IMG/VR virus record: IMGVR_UViG_3300026522_000024 | Span: 1 to 64,000 of that record | Source: a virus | Taxonomy: Duplodnaviria > Caudoviricetes | DNA length: 64,000 bases | Direction: 5' to 3' (one strand) | In this document: positions 38,542 through 48,340 of the stretch, one piece after another | How the letters are laid out: every line of letters begins with the position of its first letter | Position numbering within the stretch: position 1 is the first letter of the stretch | Made by a program: the position numbers and the translations under genes | The notes under the pieces: generated by a model | What the model saw: only the letters and a program-made list of their open reading frames with translations | Told to the model about the DNA's origin: nothing | Database searches by the model: none

Positions 38542-38917
38542 ACAAACAAAGAAGATTGAGGAACATATACAACAAGGTAATGATGCTTTGGATGCATCAA
38601 TTAAGGCTGCTCACCTTAGCAAAAAGGATGAAGCCTATTTGCGTGGTACACCAAGCCGTGCTGAGGTTGCTAACTATGTTACCTCCATTATAGAGCAACA
38701 TTATGCTCCTACTCTTCAGGCAGGTTTTCAGTTGGGTATAATGGTGATGCAGGCTATTCTTATTAAGAAGGGCATTTGCACTGGCGAAGAAATACAGGAG
38801 TTTACTAAGAGTTTTGTGGAAGAGCAAAAAGCTAGAGCCAAGGAGGCACAACAAGGTCAGACCGAACAGACCAATGACAAGCCACAAGAACCAGTAGACG
38901 AATCTAAAGTTGAATAA
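38534..38917 (+). CDS. Hypothetical protein
   Basis: ORF translationally coupled to dut. Confidence 0.55.
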   Translation: MGKQTKKIEEHIQQGNDALDASIKAAHLSKKDEAYLRGTPSRAEVANYVTSIIEQHYAPTLQAGFQLGIMVMQAILIKKGICTGEEIQEFTKSFVEEQKARAKEAQQGQTEQTNDKPQEPVDESKVE

Positions 38918-38943
38918 CACGTAAGCCCCATCCATTTAAGTGG

Positions 38944-39513
38944 TTGGGGCATTTGCTGTGGATAGGAGGGATTATCTTGGGTGTGAAAAATGTGAAAGAA
39001 AAAGGAAACAATTTTGAGCGTAAAGTTGCTAAGCTGTTATCTGAGTGGTCAGGCGTAAAATTTATGCGTACTCCTTCCTCTGGAGCCATACATAATTTTA
39101 AGGATAAAAGAGTTGTGTCAGATATTGTACCTCCACTGTCTCTTGGAGAGTTTCCATTCTCTATTGAATGTAAGTGTGTAGAGTGCTCATGGGAGTTTTC
39201 TGCTATAATTGAGAACACTTCACAGAATTTGAGAGACCATTGGAGTCAGGCAGTAGATGATGCTAGCAGAGAAAATCTGAGACCTATGCTCATTTTTTCT
39301 AAAAACTTTAGAGACATTTTTATAGCCATTAGAAAATGGGACTACGACATAATGCCCTTGAATATTATCAATTGTATCTTTTCTTATTCTGAAGACAGAG
39401 ATACCTTGGTGATTTTTAAGATGAAGGATTTATTTGATGGAATCAGTTGTGAAAATCTTATGGGTTCATTCTCTGTAAAAAATACAGACAAGGGTATAGT
39501 GGAAAAAAATTAA
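38944..39513 (+). CDS. Holliday junction resolvase (PD-(D/E)XK)
   Basis: KGNNFERKVA; RTPSSGA; SD; IECK; W.QA. True start is probably a few codons downstream. Confidence 0.8.
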   Translation: MGHLLWIGGIILGVKNVKEKGNNFERKVAKLLSEWSGVKFMRTPSSGAIHNFKDKRVVSDIVPPLSLGEFPFSIECKCVECSWEFSAIIENTSQNLRDHWSQAVDDASRENLRPMLIFSKNFRDIFIAIRKWDYDIMPLNIINCIFSYSEDRDTLVIFKMKDLFDGISCENLMGSFSVKNTDKGIVEKN

Positions 39514-39532
39514 AAATTTTTATAAAAACCGC

Positions 39533-39561
39533 TTTACTTTTAGAATGAGATAAGTTATAAT
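39533..39561 (+). promoter_or_regulatory. Host sigmaA-type early promoter
   Basis: TTTACT-17 bp-TATAAT with an AT-rich UP element upstream. Confidence 0.75.
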
Positions 39562-39567
39562 TAGCGT

Positions 39568-39775
39568 AGGCCGAAAGATTCTACAAGAATCTTGAGATAA
39601 AGTACAAATAGTAGGTTCGAGACCTATCAGTAGCTCCATTGTAAATAATAAGGTTAGTACGTTCGTGAGAGCGTTACGTGCCATGATGAATCCGTAGCTG
39701 AGTACAGAGTTGTAGTGCGGATAGGTAAAAGCCTTCTGGCTCTGAGAAGCAATCATGACCTTATTATCTTATCTA
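39568..39775 (+). ncRNA. Multi-branched structured RNA / 5' leader (candidate)
   Basis: Nested helices including 11-bp ataataaggtt/gaccttattat, catgat/atcatg, atccgta/tgcggat and a GUGA tetraloop hairpin. Confidence 0.5.
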
Positions 39776-39833
39776 AAATATAGTGTGTGCTAAGCTATCG
39801 TAAATCTGTCTGAGTGAAAAGGAGAGGACAAAA

Positions 39834-40601
39834 ATGAAAAAGACCTATGAAATGAACGGAAAGACTTATGCAACCCTGAGTGCTATTGCGAAGGAACTGG
39901 GAATTGCCCGCATTCGTTCCAATCAGCTGGACAAGTATGGCATCAAGAAAGTTACCTCTGATGACGTGAAGAAGGCTGACGACACTGTAGTTACCAATGA
40001 AGTTCCTGCTACTGTTGACGTTGCTGCAGACAAGGCAGACGACAAGGCAGACGACAAGGCAGACGACAAGGCAGACGACAAGGCAGACAAGAAGGTTGAT
40101 GCTCCTGCTACTACTGTTGACACCGCTACGGACAAGGCAGACGAAGCAGACAAGAAGGTTGATGCTCCTGCTAAGAAGGCTAAGACCACCAAGAAGGTTG
40201 TTAAGACTGGGACTGCTGAGGACATTGCTGAAGTCGAGAAAAACGTAGTTGACATGAACGCACGTGAGCTGGGCAAGGCAGTTACTAACTTTACGGTGGA
40301 TGCATTGGTAACCATGGTGAAGAATGTTGATGGCAACACCTGGGATTCCATCAAGAATGCTCCTATTCGTAAGATGCGTCTCATCATGGAACTCAAGAAG
40401 CAGTATTTCCCTGATGAAGTACGTCAGGCTGCTCCTGCTAAGGTGTCTCCTTGGAAGGCAATTACTACTGAGGTTTTGAAGAAGGCAGCTAAGAAGCAGA
40501 AGATTAGCTGGGCTGAGTGCGACAATGATAGCATTAACCGCATGCGTATTATCATGGCTCTGAAGAAGAAGGGAGTGCAGGCAGAGGATTTGAATAAGTA
40601 A
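39834..40601 (+). CDS. Putative early DNA-binding protein (N-terminal HTH, DKAD linker, two small helical repeats)
   Basis: NGKTYATLSAIAKELGI; IRKMRLIMELKK and INRMRIIMALKK repeats. Confidence 0.6.
   Translation: MKKTYEMNGKTYATLSAIAKELGIARIRSNQLDKYGIKKVTSDDVKKADDTVVTNEVPATVDVAADKADDKADDKADDKADDKADKKVDAPATTVDTATDKADEADKKVDAPAKKAKTTKKVVKTGTAEDIAEVEKNVVDMNARELGKAVTNFTVDALVTMVKNVDGNTWDSIKNAPIRKMRLIMELKKQYFPDEVRQAAPAKVSPWKAITTEVLKKAAKKQKISWAECDNDSINRMRIIMALKKKGVQAEDLNK
40029..40088 (+). repeat. Coding tandem repeat (GACAAGGCAGAC)x5
   Basis: Five exact 12-bp units encoding DKAD. Confidence 0.95.
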
Positions 40602-40658
40602 ACAAAACATGGAAAGTAGTGGGGCAGCTATAGTTGCTGCCCCTGTGAGGTGATAAAT

Positions 40659-40961
40659 ATGAGCACTAAATACTTGATTCACGCTTTTAGCAGTACTCAG
40701 AGATTGGTAGCTACTAAGAAAAAGCCTGGTGATTGGCTTCTCACTAAAGAGTGGCGTTCAAATGCTAAAGAGGAATGGAGGGTTGGTAAAGGCATTTCCC
40801 TTCCAAGGGTAGCAGGCAAGAGTGTAGCTAATGACCTTGGATACCTTCTGGTGAATGATGGTTTAGTACAAGGTTTTGAGATTATTGACGAGAGAACAGG
40901 AGAGTCAAAACATGAAGAGAGTACCCATAGTAGGCATAAGAAGTCCAATTCAAGGAATTGA
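40659..40961 (+). CDS. Hypothetical protein
   Basis: RBS gaggtg; follows a GC hairpin at 40621-40643. Confidence 0.55.
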   Translation: MSTKYLIHAFSSTQRLVATKKKPGDWLLTKEWRSNAKEEWRVGKGISLPRVAGKSVANDLGYLLVNDGLVQGFEIIDERTGESKHEESTHSRHKKSNSRN

Positions 40962-41589
40962 GCGAACTCCAATACATATTGAGCGTATTCCTTGGGATGA
41001 TGTTTATAAGAAATACGTCAATTACATCAAATTCGCAGCAAAGTCTACTGCTCAGGATAATGAGGGCAATTCTGCTGAGGACTTGTTTCAGGAAGGTCAG
41101 TTGATTATGTATAACTGCTACCTTTTGTACGGAGATAAGCCTATTGAGGAATTTGGGGCTATCCTCAAAGCGTCAGTCTGGCGTAAGATGCGTGAAATCT
41201 GTAACAGGAAGCAGTTTATACAGGTTAACATTGAAGATGCTTATGACATCGGATATGATGAAGACACTGTAGAAAACATATATCAAGAGCAGAAACTTGC
41301 TCACCTGGCTAGTATGTTAGAGGATAACCCTATTGCTTTGACTATTCTCAAGGAGTTTGTTTCTCCATCTGCTAGAACCATATGGGAAGCAAAGATGGAT
41401 GTAGCCCGCAAAGAAATGTTGCGTTCTCAGGATTATAAGGTGAGCGTGCCCAAACAGGTTCAGCCTACTAAGGCATCTATCCAGAGAGCAATGGAGATAC
41501 CTAAGTCCAAATTTGAACAGCATTTCAAGGAACTGAAGGAAGCAATGCTAGTGGTATATCCAGAGCATCAGTTACAAATGTGCGTGTAA
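40912..41589 (+). CDS. Phage RNA polymerase sigma factor-like protein
   Basis: Region 2-like 'SAEDLFQEGQLIMYNC...F...LKASVWRKMREI'; C-terminal HTH-like segment; RBS aggag. Confidence 0.65.
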   Translation: MKRVPIVGIRSPIQGIERTPIHIERIPWDDVYKKYVNYIKFAAKSTAQDNEGNSAEDLFQEGQLIMYNCYLLYGDKPIEEFGAILKASVWRKMREICNRKQFIQVNIEDAYDIGYDEDTVENIYQEQKLAHLASMLEDNPIALTILKEFVSPSARTIWEAKMDVARKEMLRSQDYKVSVPKQVQPTKASIQRAMEIPKSKFEQHFKELKEAMLVVYPEHQLQMCV

Positions 41590-41641
41590 GTTTATTTGAG
41601 TTATCTTATTTTATGTTAGTTACAATAAGGAGGAATATGTT

Positions 41642-42049
41642 ATGGCAACTATTGAAGAAATGATTAAGAATTCCAGCTGCTTTGGTGTAGCTTTTGATGG
41701 TTCTGTACGTGAGTGCAAAATTTGCGAGGTTAAACTGAAGTGTGAGAGCAAGTGCCGTTTGGGTGGGGATTCTAAGCCTGCATCAGTTAATGTGGCTACT
41801 GCAGATGAAGTTACTCACAGCAACAACAAGAAGGCAACCAATAAGAAGTCTGTTCCTGTTAAGAAAGCAGCAAAGCCTAAAGCTGAATATGCTGATGATA
41901 TGCCTGACTTCAAGTCTATGTCTGCTGATGAGATTGAGCAACTGGCAGAGGAACGTGGCATTGACATGTCTCAGTTTGAGAAGTATAAGGCAGCAAACAT
42001 CAGACGCATGCGTGTCACAATGGCTCTGAAAAAGACTTACGAAAAGTAA
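41642..42049 (+). CDS. Cys-rich protein with C-terminal helical repeat
   Basis: CFG...ECKIC....C; C-terminal IRRMRVTMALKK shared with 39834. Confidence 0.6.
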   Translation: MATIEEMIKNSSCFGVAFDGSVRECKICEVKLKCESKCRLGGDSKPASVNVATADEVTHSNNKKATNKKSVPVKKAAKPKAEYADDMPDFKSMSADEIEQLAEERGIDMSQFEKYKAANIRRMRVTMALKKTYEK

Positions 42050-42063
42050 CAATTTGAAGGCGG

Positions 42064-42095
42064 TGGCGGTGGGATAACTCTCACCGCCATTTTGT
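42064..42095 (+). terminator. Rho-independent terminator
   Basis: tggcggtggga/tctcaccgcca plus tttt. Confidence 0.75.
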
Positions 42096-42115
42096 TGTAT
42101 AGGAGGTAATAATCA

Positions 42116-42766
42116 ATGGCTACTATGGAAGAAAAAATCAGGAAAGCTATGGCTGAATTAGGACTTGACCCAGATGGTGGGGATGATAATGATAAGTCTA
42201 CAAAGGTTACAGTAAAGACAAAGCAATTAGAATCCACTAAAAAAGAGTCAGTTTCCAAACCAACACAAGCGGTTGTACCTAATAAGAAGGCTGATGTTTC
42301 GGAAAAATCAAAAAGGGCTGCAGTAGTGACAGAGAAGAAAGTAGAAACACAAACTGATGTGCAAGTGCCTCAGTCTATTTTCATGAAAATCAGTGGCAAT
42401 CACATGGTTCTCCTTATTCCAGAAGGGTTGGAATTGGATAAGCAGGTTATTGGAGGTAATACATATAACACTGTAGCTGTACAAGTGCCAGATTTTGGTG
42501 GTAAACTGTATGAAATGCCATTGATAAATACTGCTCACACTGTTTCTAAGTCCAATACTGTAGTTAGAGTGCCTATTATTATGCCTAAGACTGAGCCCAG
42601 TCAATTTTCTAACGATGAGTATCTGGAAAACTTATTGAAGGAGAAAAGTAGACTAGATGCTGAAATTAAGGCTGCTAGAGCAAGTCATGATGATAACCTT
42701 GTCAATGATTTAAGAAAGCAACGTAGAAGCATTAGAGCACGTATAAACCATATTGTGGAGGGTTGA
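42116..42766 (+). CDS. Hypothetical protein
   Basis: RBS aggaggt; C-terminal coiled coil; contains RVPII. Confidence 0.65.
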   Translation: MATMEEKIRKAMAELGLDPDGGDDNDKSTKVTVKTKQLESTKKESVSKPTQAVVPNKKADVSEKSKRAAVVTEKKVETQTDVQVPQSIFMKISGNHMVLLIPEGLELDKQVIGGNTYNTVAVQVPDFGGKLYEMPLINTAHTVSKSNTVVRVPIIMPKTEPSQFSNDEYLENLLKEKSRLDAEIKAARASHDDNLVNDLRKQRRSIRARINHIVEG

Positions 42767-42767
42767 C

Positions 42768-43493
42768 ATGAACAGAGTGCCTATAATACATAGGGTGTCT
42801 ATTTATCGTAGGCACTCTATTTATCGTAGAACATCAGTATACCGCAGAAAGCCATTATACCCAGAGTTGTCTAAGTTTAGGACTTGTGAGTTATTGTATA
42901 ATAACAGTAATTGGTGTAAAAATAATGGCAAATACATCATTAGATGTATGGAAGCAGGTTTTGATTTCAATAAGGTAGCTAATGCTATTTCTTACGGAAG
43001 AGAACACAATAAAACTGCTAGACTTATAGTGGATTTTGAGGTAGATGAAAGAATACTGTGGGCTGCTTCTTATGCTGACCATAATATATTACAGATAAAT
43101 GTATTTTTGTGTAAAAAAGACCTGTCATGGGTAGGAAGATTATCCCATATTGCTAATAAGTGTGGAATGATTGTAGTATTATTCTTGTTTCCGATTGTAC
43201 CTAACAGGATAATGCCACATCACGTGCTTAGAGTCATTGATATGGTAAAGAATCTGCCCTCTCAGTATATAATGCTTAGGTTTGCTGAGTCTAAATCAAG
43301 ATTACTAGAACACGGTAATTGGATGAATATCAATGGAAAAGCTGTAGATAAGAGATTTATACAAGTAAATAATGAAAACTGGGGTTGTTCTCCTTTATTT
43401 AAGGAGAGATTTATGAAACTAATCATGGAGTATACAGAACCAAGGGGAATTAAAATTGGAGTTTGCGGAGATAGCGAAAACTGCATCATGTAA
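42768..43493 (+). CDS. Hypothetical protein, possibly a degenerate radical-SAM/SplB-like barrel
   Basis: 'VVLFLFPIVP...VLRVID...IMLRF' and C-terminal 'GI.IGVC' resemble SplB-like folds, but there is no CxxxCxxC. Confidence 0.35.
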   Translation: MNRVPIIHRVSIYRRHSIYRRTSVYRRKPLYPELSKFRTCELLYNNSNWCKNNGKYIIRCMEAGFDFNKVANAISYGREHNKTARLIVDFEVDERILWAASYADHNILQINVFLCKKDLSWVGRLSHIANKCGMIVVLFLFPIVPNRIMPHHVLRVIDMVKNLPSQYIMLRFAESKSRLLEHGNWMNINGKAVDKRFIQVNNENWGCSPLFKERFMKLIMEYTEPRGIKIGVCGDSENCIM

Positions 43494-43515
43494 TAGGATT
43501 GTGAGGTGAGTACAT

Positions 43516-45327
43516 TTGGCTTTGAGACAAGTAGAACTAGATAAATTTTTATCAGTATCATTTCCTTGTAGATTAAATAAGCCTTTGTTGGTAAACATCA
43601 GAGGTTGTAATGGTTCTGGAAAATCCACAATACCTATTATGATGATGAATACTGACCCTTATGCCTTTGAGGTAGTTTGGTATAGAAATAACAAAAAACG
43701 TGTAATCTGTACAGTATTCCCATCATATGAATTCTTGGCTGTAGGTCATTATCACTCTAAGTGTGGAGGAATGGATTCAATAAAGGACACTCAGGAGGTC
43801 AAAGACTCAGTACAAGCATTGTGGAACTGTAAAATGAACATACTTATGGAAGGAATCATGGCGTCTACAGTATATAAGACTTACGCTGACTTGTTTTCTG
43901 AATTAAATAGTGATAACTCCAGAAAAGTATTGGTGTTTAATTTAGTACCTCCACTAAGCACATGCTTAGATAGGATACAGTCTAGGAATGGTGGTAAACC
44001 TATTAAGAGTGAATTGGTAGAGGGAAAATGGAAAACTGTATGTAGAAACCATGAAAAGTTTTCTGACGCAGGTTTTACTAGCATAAAGGCTGATAACTCT
44101 GAGATTTCTATAGGTGACACATTAAGTTGGTTCTTTGAAAAAATCAATTTTCGTACAGATACCTTTACAGATAAAATGATAAGTGCTTCTACTGCGGTAG
44201 AGTCAATTGAATATACAGATAAAAATGGAAAAATGAAAAGAATCAGGTCACTGCCAAAGTTTACTGGTACTCCAGAGCCAATTTATATACCTACTAAAGA
44301 GGATACAGAAGGGTATGAGTGGTCTAAATATTACAAAAAGCCCAATAAAAATATGGTTATAAATTGGGATAACATGAGGCTATATTGGTACTGGATAACT
44401 GAGAGAATGAGGATTTGGCACAGGAGAACAATTCTTAGAGAGCCATTCCCTTGGACTGAAGACAAGATTCTACAGGATAACAAATTCACTAATTGCTTCA
44501 GGGATTTGGATAGAGGTACACTTGTATACATCAGGGAGATTCTAAGGAAATTAGATGAACCTTGTGAAGATTTAACAAAGCGTATTAAGGAAGTCATACT
44601 AAACACACAAGTATATAGAATGTTTCTAAAGTATTCTACTTGGAAAAAGATAGGATTCTTGTATCTGGATACCTATGAGGAACAATGGGAGCAAGCCAAG
44701 GAAAAACTAAGAACTGCTAAGGCTAATGGTGAGGTTATATGGCACGCAGCTTATTTTGTTACAGACTTAAAAGCTGCCAATCCTAACCCTAAGACCAATC
44801 ATGACAAGCTGGAAAATGCTTTATGCTTATGTGAAATGTTTTATGAGTACTTAGACGACACCTATGAATATGTCATAAGTCATGATATGAAGGATTGTTT
44901 AGAGCATCTTGGACATTTTCCAGAGATAAAAGGATTCTCAGTATATGAATGGCTGTGTGATTGGGGGATGGCTTATAGATACGTGAAGAACTATTTTGTA
45001 AACTGGACAGACGACAGTTATGTAAATGTTGGTCCAGGCAATAGAATGGGGATGGATTTAATCTTTGAGGACAAAGGAGGTTTGGACTACCCAGAGTTGA
45101 ATTTCTATCTCAGAGCCTCATGGAAACACTACATGAAAAGGTATGGGTACTATGATGAGTTCATTTCTTTAATTCCGAAATGGATGAATGGTAGTGTAAC
45201 TGTTAGAACCATAGAGCATGATATATGTGAGACCCAGAAATACCTGAATATATACTATGGTATAGGCAGGACTAAAAGCAAGTTCAAGAATGAATCCAGA
45301 AATAACCTAGATTCACTAGTACTGTAG
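43516..45327 (+). CDS. P-loop kinase fused to 5-hmdU DNA kinase helical domain (aGPT-Pplase1 family)
   Basis: IRGCNGSGKST N-domain; ER..IW.RR....PWTEDKILQ..KFTN.FR.LDRGT; GPG...G; IEH..CE..KY. Confidence 0.8.
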   Translation: MALRQVELDKFLSVSFPCRLNKPLLVNIRGCNGSGKSTIPIMMMNTDPYAFEVVWYRNNKKRVICTVFPSYEFLAVGHYHSKCGGMDSIKDTQEVKDSVQALWNCKMNILMEGIMASTVYKTYADLFSELNSDNSRKVLVFNLVPPLSTCLDRIQSRNGGKPIKSELVEGKWKTVCRNHEKFSDAGFTSIKADNSEISIGDTLSWFFEKINFRTDTFTDKMISASTAVESIEYTDKNGKMKRIRSLPKFTGTPEPIYIPTKEDTEGYEWSKYYKKPNKNMVINWDNMRLYWYWITERMRIWHRRTILREPFPWTEDKILQDNKFTNCFRDLDRGTLVYIREILRKLDEPCEDLTKRIKEVILNTQVYRMFLKYSTWKKIGFLYLDTYEEQWEQAKEKLRTAKANGEVIWHAAYFVTDLKAANPNPKTNHDKLENALCLCEMFYEYLDDTYEYVISHDMKDCLEHLGHFPEIKGFSVYEWLCDWGMAYRYVKNYFVNWTDDSYVNVGPGNRMGMDLIFEDKGGLDYPELNFYLRASWKHYMKRYGYYDEFISLIPKWMNGSVTVRTIEHDICETQKYLNIYYGIGRTKSKFKNESRNNLDSLVL

Positions 45328-45339
45328 GAGGTATCAATC

Positions 45340-45600
45340 ATGGCATACAAGAAGTCAGAAGAATTTTCCTATGAAATCACTAAGCATTTGTGTGACTTGT
45401 CCGAGAAGAACAAGGGATGGGTGAAGCAGCTGAATACCGTAAAATGGAATAACTCTAAGGAAGAAGTGTACGACATACGCAGCTGGCATTATCCTGATGG
45501 TTCTGATACTCCTGATAGGATGTCTAAAGGAATTTCACTTTCTTATGAAGAATTTGCGATTTTGTGTCAATCTGCTTATGATGAAGGCATTGTCAGCTAA
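45340..45600 (+). CDS. PC4/YdbC-family ssDNA-binding protein
   Basis: GWVKQLN.V.WN...YDIRSW...RMSKGISL..EE. Confidence 0.85.
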   Translation: MAYKKSEEFSYEITKHLCDLSEKNKGWVKQLNTVKWNNSKEEVYDIRSWHYPDGSDTPDRMSKGISLSYEEFAILCQSAYDEGIVS

Positions 45601-45636
45601 ACAGATATTATTACTCATGTGAAGGGAGTGATAAAC

Positions 45637-46239
45637 ATGGTTGATAAGGACTTTTATGACTTGGTAAATAATGGAGTCAAGAGGTCAAGTGACAACTGGG
45701 GTACTGGAGTAATTCTTCAGCACCCTGTTACCAATAAAATCCTTCTAGCCAGAAGAACAGATGGAGATAAGCAGTATGCCTCACCTGGTGGTAAAGTAGA
45801 GTACCAGGAGAGTCCAAAAGAAGGAATACTGAGGGAGTGCAGAGAGGAAAGTAACGTAACCATAAAGGATATGTGTTGTTATGATTTCCGTACTCACTCT
45901 AGCCCTAATGGTAAGAATTGGGTTGACTTCCTGTTTTACTCTAATAACTTTGATGACTCTGACATACGGAATCAGCCATCAGAAATGGAAGAATTTTCTT
46001 GGTTCACAGTAGAGGATGCCTTGAATTTGGACTTGTTCCCACCAACCAAGGCAGCATTAAAGAGAGCAGTAGAGTTGGGACTCACAGCAGGTAGTTGTGA
46101 TGAACAGAATTACATTCCATTTGTAGACTGCCCATCTACTCCTTCTGCTGTACAGGATAGCTGCTGCTGTGCTTATTCTTTTGTAGAACCAGAGAAGATT
46201 TTTGATAAGGGTGATGCTCCTTATTTACCTTGGGACTAA
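45637..46239 (+). CDS. Nudix hydrolase
   Basis: PGGKVEYQESPKEGILRECREESN Nudix box. Confidence 0.88.
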   Translation: MVDKDFYDLVNNGVKRSSDNWGTGVILQHPVTNKILLARRTDGDKQYASPGGKVEYQESPKEGILRECREESNVTIKDMCCYDFRTHSSPNGKNWVDFLFYSNNFDDSDIRNQPSEMEEFSWFTVEDALNLDLFPPTKAALKRAVELGLTAGSCDEQNYIPFVDCPSTPSAVQDSCCCAYSFVEPEKIFDKGDAPYLPWD

Positions 46240-46329
46240 GCACACCAAATAATCTATGATTGATTGTAGATACCTCTTTATTTAGTTAGGTGTAGTTTTA
46301 TAGCATCTACTAAATAAGGAGGTATTTTT

Positions 46330-47616
46330 ATGTATTGTTTACAAGGAGAAAATCCTACTAAGATGTATTTACAGTCTATTAAGGACTTGATGGCTAATGG
46401 TGATGAAGTATCCCCCAGAGGTAAGTTGGTAAAGGAACTGCGTCCAGCTTGTATTGAGTTTCTTAATCCTTATAGCAGGGTAACATTCTTGGGGGGCAGA
46501 CGAATCAATCCATTCTTTCAGGTAGCAGAAAGCCTTTGGATTCTTAGTGGTAAGGCTGACGTGGAGTGGCTGACTAAGTTTAATGCCAATATGTCCATGT
46601 TCTCTGATGATGGAAAGTGGTTTAATGCTCCTTATGGAGAGCGAATCAGAACTTGGAACAAGAATGCTCTTCACAATGTAGTTATCAATCCTATTGACCA
46701 GTTGGCTGATGCATATAGAAAGCTGGTAAACGATAAGGATACACGTCAAGCAGTTATTGTGATTAGCAATCCTATGTTCGATAACTCTAAATATACGATT
46801 GATGAAAAAGGCAAGGATATTGCGTGTAATCTTGTGATTACTTTTAAGATTCGTCATGATGCTCTCAATATGACTGTATTTAATCGTAGTAACGATACTC
46901 ACTGGGGTGTATTTGGTGCTAATCTTTGTCAGTTTTCTACTATACAGGAAACACTGTTGAACTGGCTGCGTAAGTCTGGCAATCCAGAATTGTCTAGCCT
47001 GAAGATGGGTACTTATAACCAGATTACGGATTCACTTCATATTTACATGGATTCTTATGGCTCTAAGTGTACTGATGACGTAATGGATTACTATAAGGAA
47101 AATCCAGAGGAAGAACTGGAAGTTGATTTCCTTCTTGATTCTGATAAGGGTAATTTTGAGCCTAGAATGAGGTTGTCTGCTGAAGAGTTTGATGCCTTTA
47201 TCTCAGTATTCTGGAGCGTTATCAATCCTTATCTTATGGACGATGAAACACTGGTAGACGATGAGCGTTGTGAAGAAGTATTCGGAAAAGTAGGCTTAGT
47301 AGATGGCATGTACCGCAGAGGTGTAATAGATGACTACTGGCTTATGGTAATTCAGGCAATGCTGTCTTATAGGCTGGTTAAGATGGGCATGCTGTCTAAG
47401 GCACTCAACTACATGAGTGTAATGGCAGATTGCCAGTGGAAAGTTTCTATGATGTTTTTCCTCAAGACCTTTATTTATAAGCAAGAAGGTGATATGAAGG
47501 AAGAATGCTATAACAAATTTAATGAAATTGTGAACAACATGAAACTTAGCTACTCCAACGCATTTGGAGAAGATAGCAAGGAAGTAAAAATGTTAATGAA
47601 GTACTTGGCACTATAA
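46330..47616 (+). CDS. Thymidylate synthase-family dUMP hydroxymethylase
   Basis: DTRQAV; KDIACN; RSND..WG..AN (Asn implies dUMP specificity); SLHIY; next to the hmdU kinase. Confidence 0.8.
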   Translation: MYCLQGENPTKMYLQSIKDLMANGDEVSPRGKLVKELRPACIEFLNPYSRVTFLGGRRINPFFQVAESLWILSGKADVEWLTKFNANMSMFSDDGKWFNAPYGERIRTWNKNALHNVVINPIDQLADAYRKLVNDKDTRQAVIVISNPMFDNSKYTIDEKGKDIACNLVITFKIRHDALNMTVFNRSNDTHWGVFGANLCQFSTIQETLLNWLRKSGNPELSSLKMGTYNQITDSLHIYMDSYGSKCTDDVMDYYKENPEEELEVDFLLDSDKGNFEPRMRLSAEEFDAFISVFWSVINPYLMDDETLVDDERCEEVFGKVGLVDGMYRRGVIDDYWLMVIQAMLSYRLVKMGMLSKALNYMSVMADCQWKVSMMFFLKTFIYKQEGDMKEECYNKFNEIVNNMKLSYSNAFGEDSKEVKMLMKYLAL

Positions 47617-47628
47617 GGAGGACTTTAG

Positions 47629-48330
47629 ATGAATAATGATGTAACTCAGGTGATTTCTGATACCACCAATAAGAATGACCTTTTGATGATGCTAAATTAT
47701 CGGAGGTTGAAGAACATTAGACGTTGCAATAACCTGCCTACTATCAACACAGTAGACGTAGCTCAACATAGCTTTTATACTGCTCTTTTGGCAGTTACGT
47801 TGGCTTCAGACTATAATGTGTGGGCTACCAAGAACAATCTTCAGTATCACCCTTTGGACTTTGATAATCATGTACCTACCATTGATGGCGATAAGGCTAT
47901 GAAGAAGGCATTGTTCCATGATTTAGAAGAGTCATTTACTTCTGATATTCCTTGGAACGTAAAGCACCATGATGAGAAAGCACATGAGGCAATTACTGAA
48001 TGTATTCATTCTAAGCTGAACAAAGTGTATGATGGATGTAGTCCTGTTATTATGGAGCACAAGCACTTCATTGAGACCTGTAAGGACAAAACTATTGAAG
48101 GACAGCTGGTAGATTTAGTAGATTCTCTGGAGTGTGCTTGGTACTGCTATCAAGAAGTGAGCATGGGTAATAAATACCTTGGGAATATGTTAAATAAGTG
48201 CGTAAAGCTCATTGAGGCTATGCCTTTGTACGAAAAGTTGTATAAGGCAAGCCCCATATTCAAGAGCATGATAAAGCTGTTCGATAATTTGGCTAAGTCC
48301 AACTGTGATAAGACTATGAATATTGATTAG
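47629..48330 (+). CDS. HD-domain 5'-deoxynucleotidase (YfbR-like)
   Basis: VAQHSF; ALFHDLEE..TSDIP; VD.LE. Confidence 0.8.
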   Translation: MNNDVTQVISDTTNKNDLLMMLNYRRLKNIRRCNNLPTINTVDVAQHSFYTALLAVTLASDYNVWATKNNLQYHPLDFDNHVPTIDGDKAMKKALFHDLEESFTSDIPWNVKHHDEKAHEAITECIHSKLNKVYDGCSPVIMEHKHFIETCKDKTIEGQLVDLVDSLECAWYCYQEVSMGNKYLGNMLNKCVKLIEAMPLYEKLYKASPIFKSMIKLFDNLAKSNCDKTMNID

Positions 48331-48340
48331 GAGGAAAATT

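Noticed and set aside
40029-40088. Possible CRISPR-like repeat
   Set aside because: Contiguous 12-bp units with no spacers, in frame within a coding linker. No CRISPR array or cas gene seen in the window.
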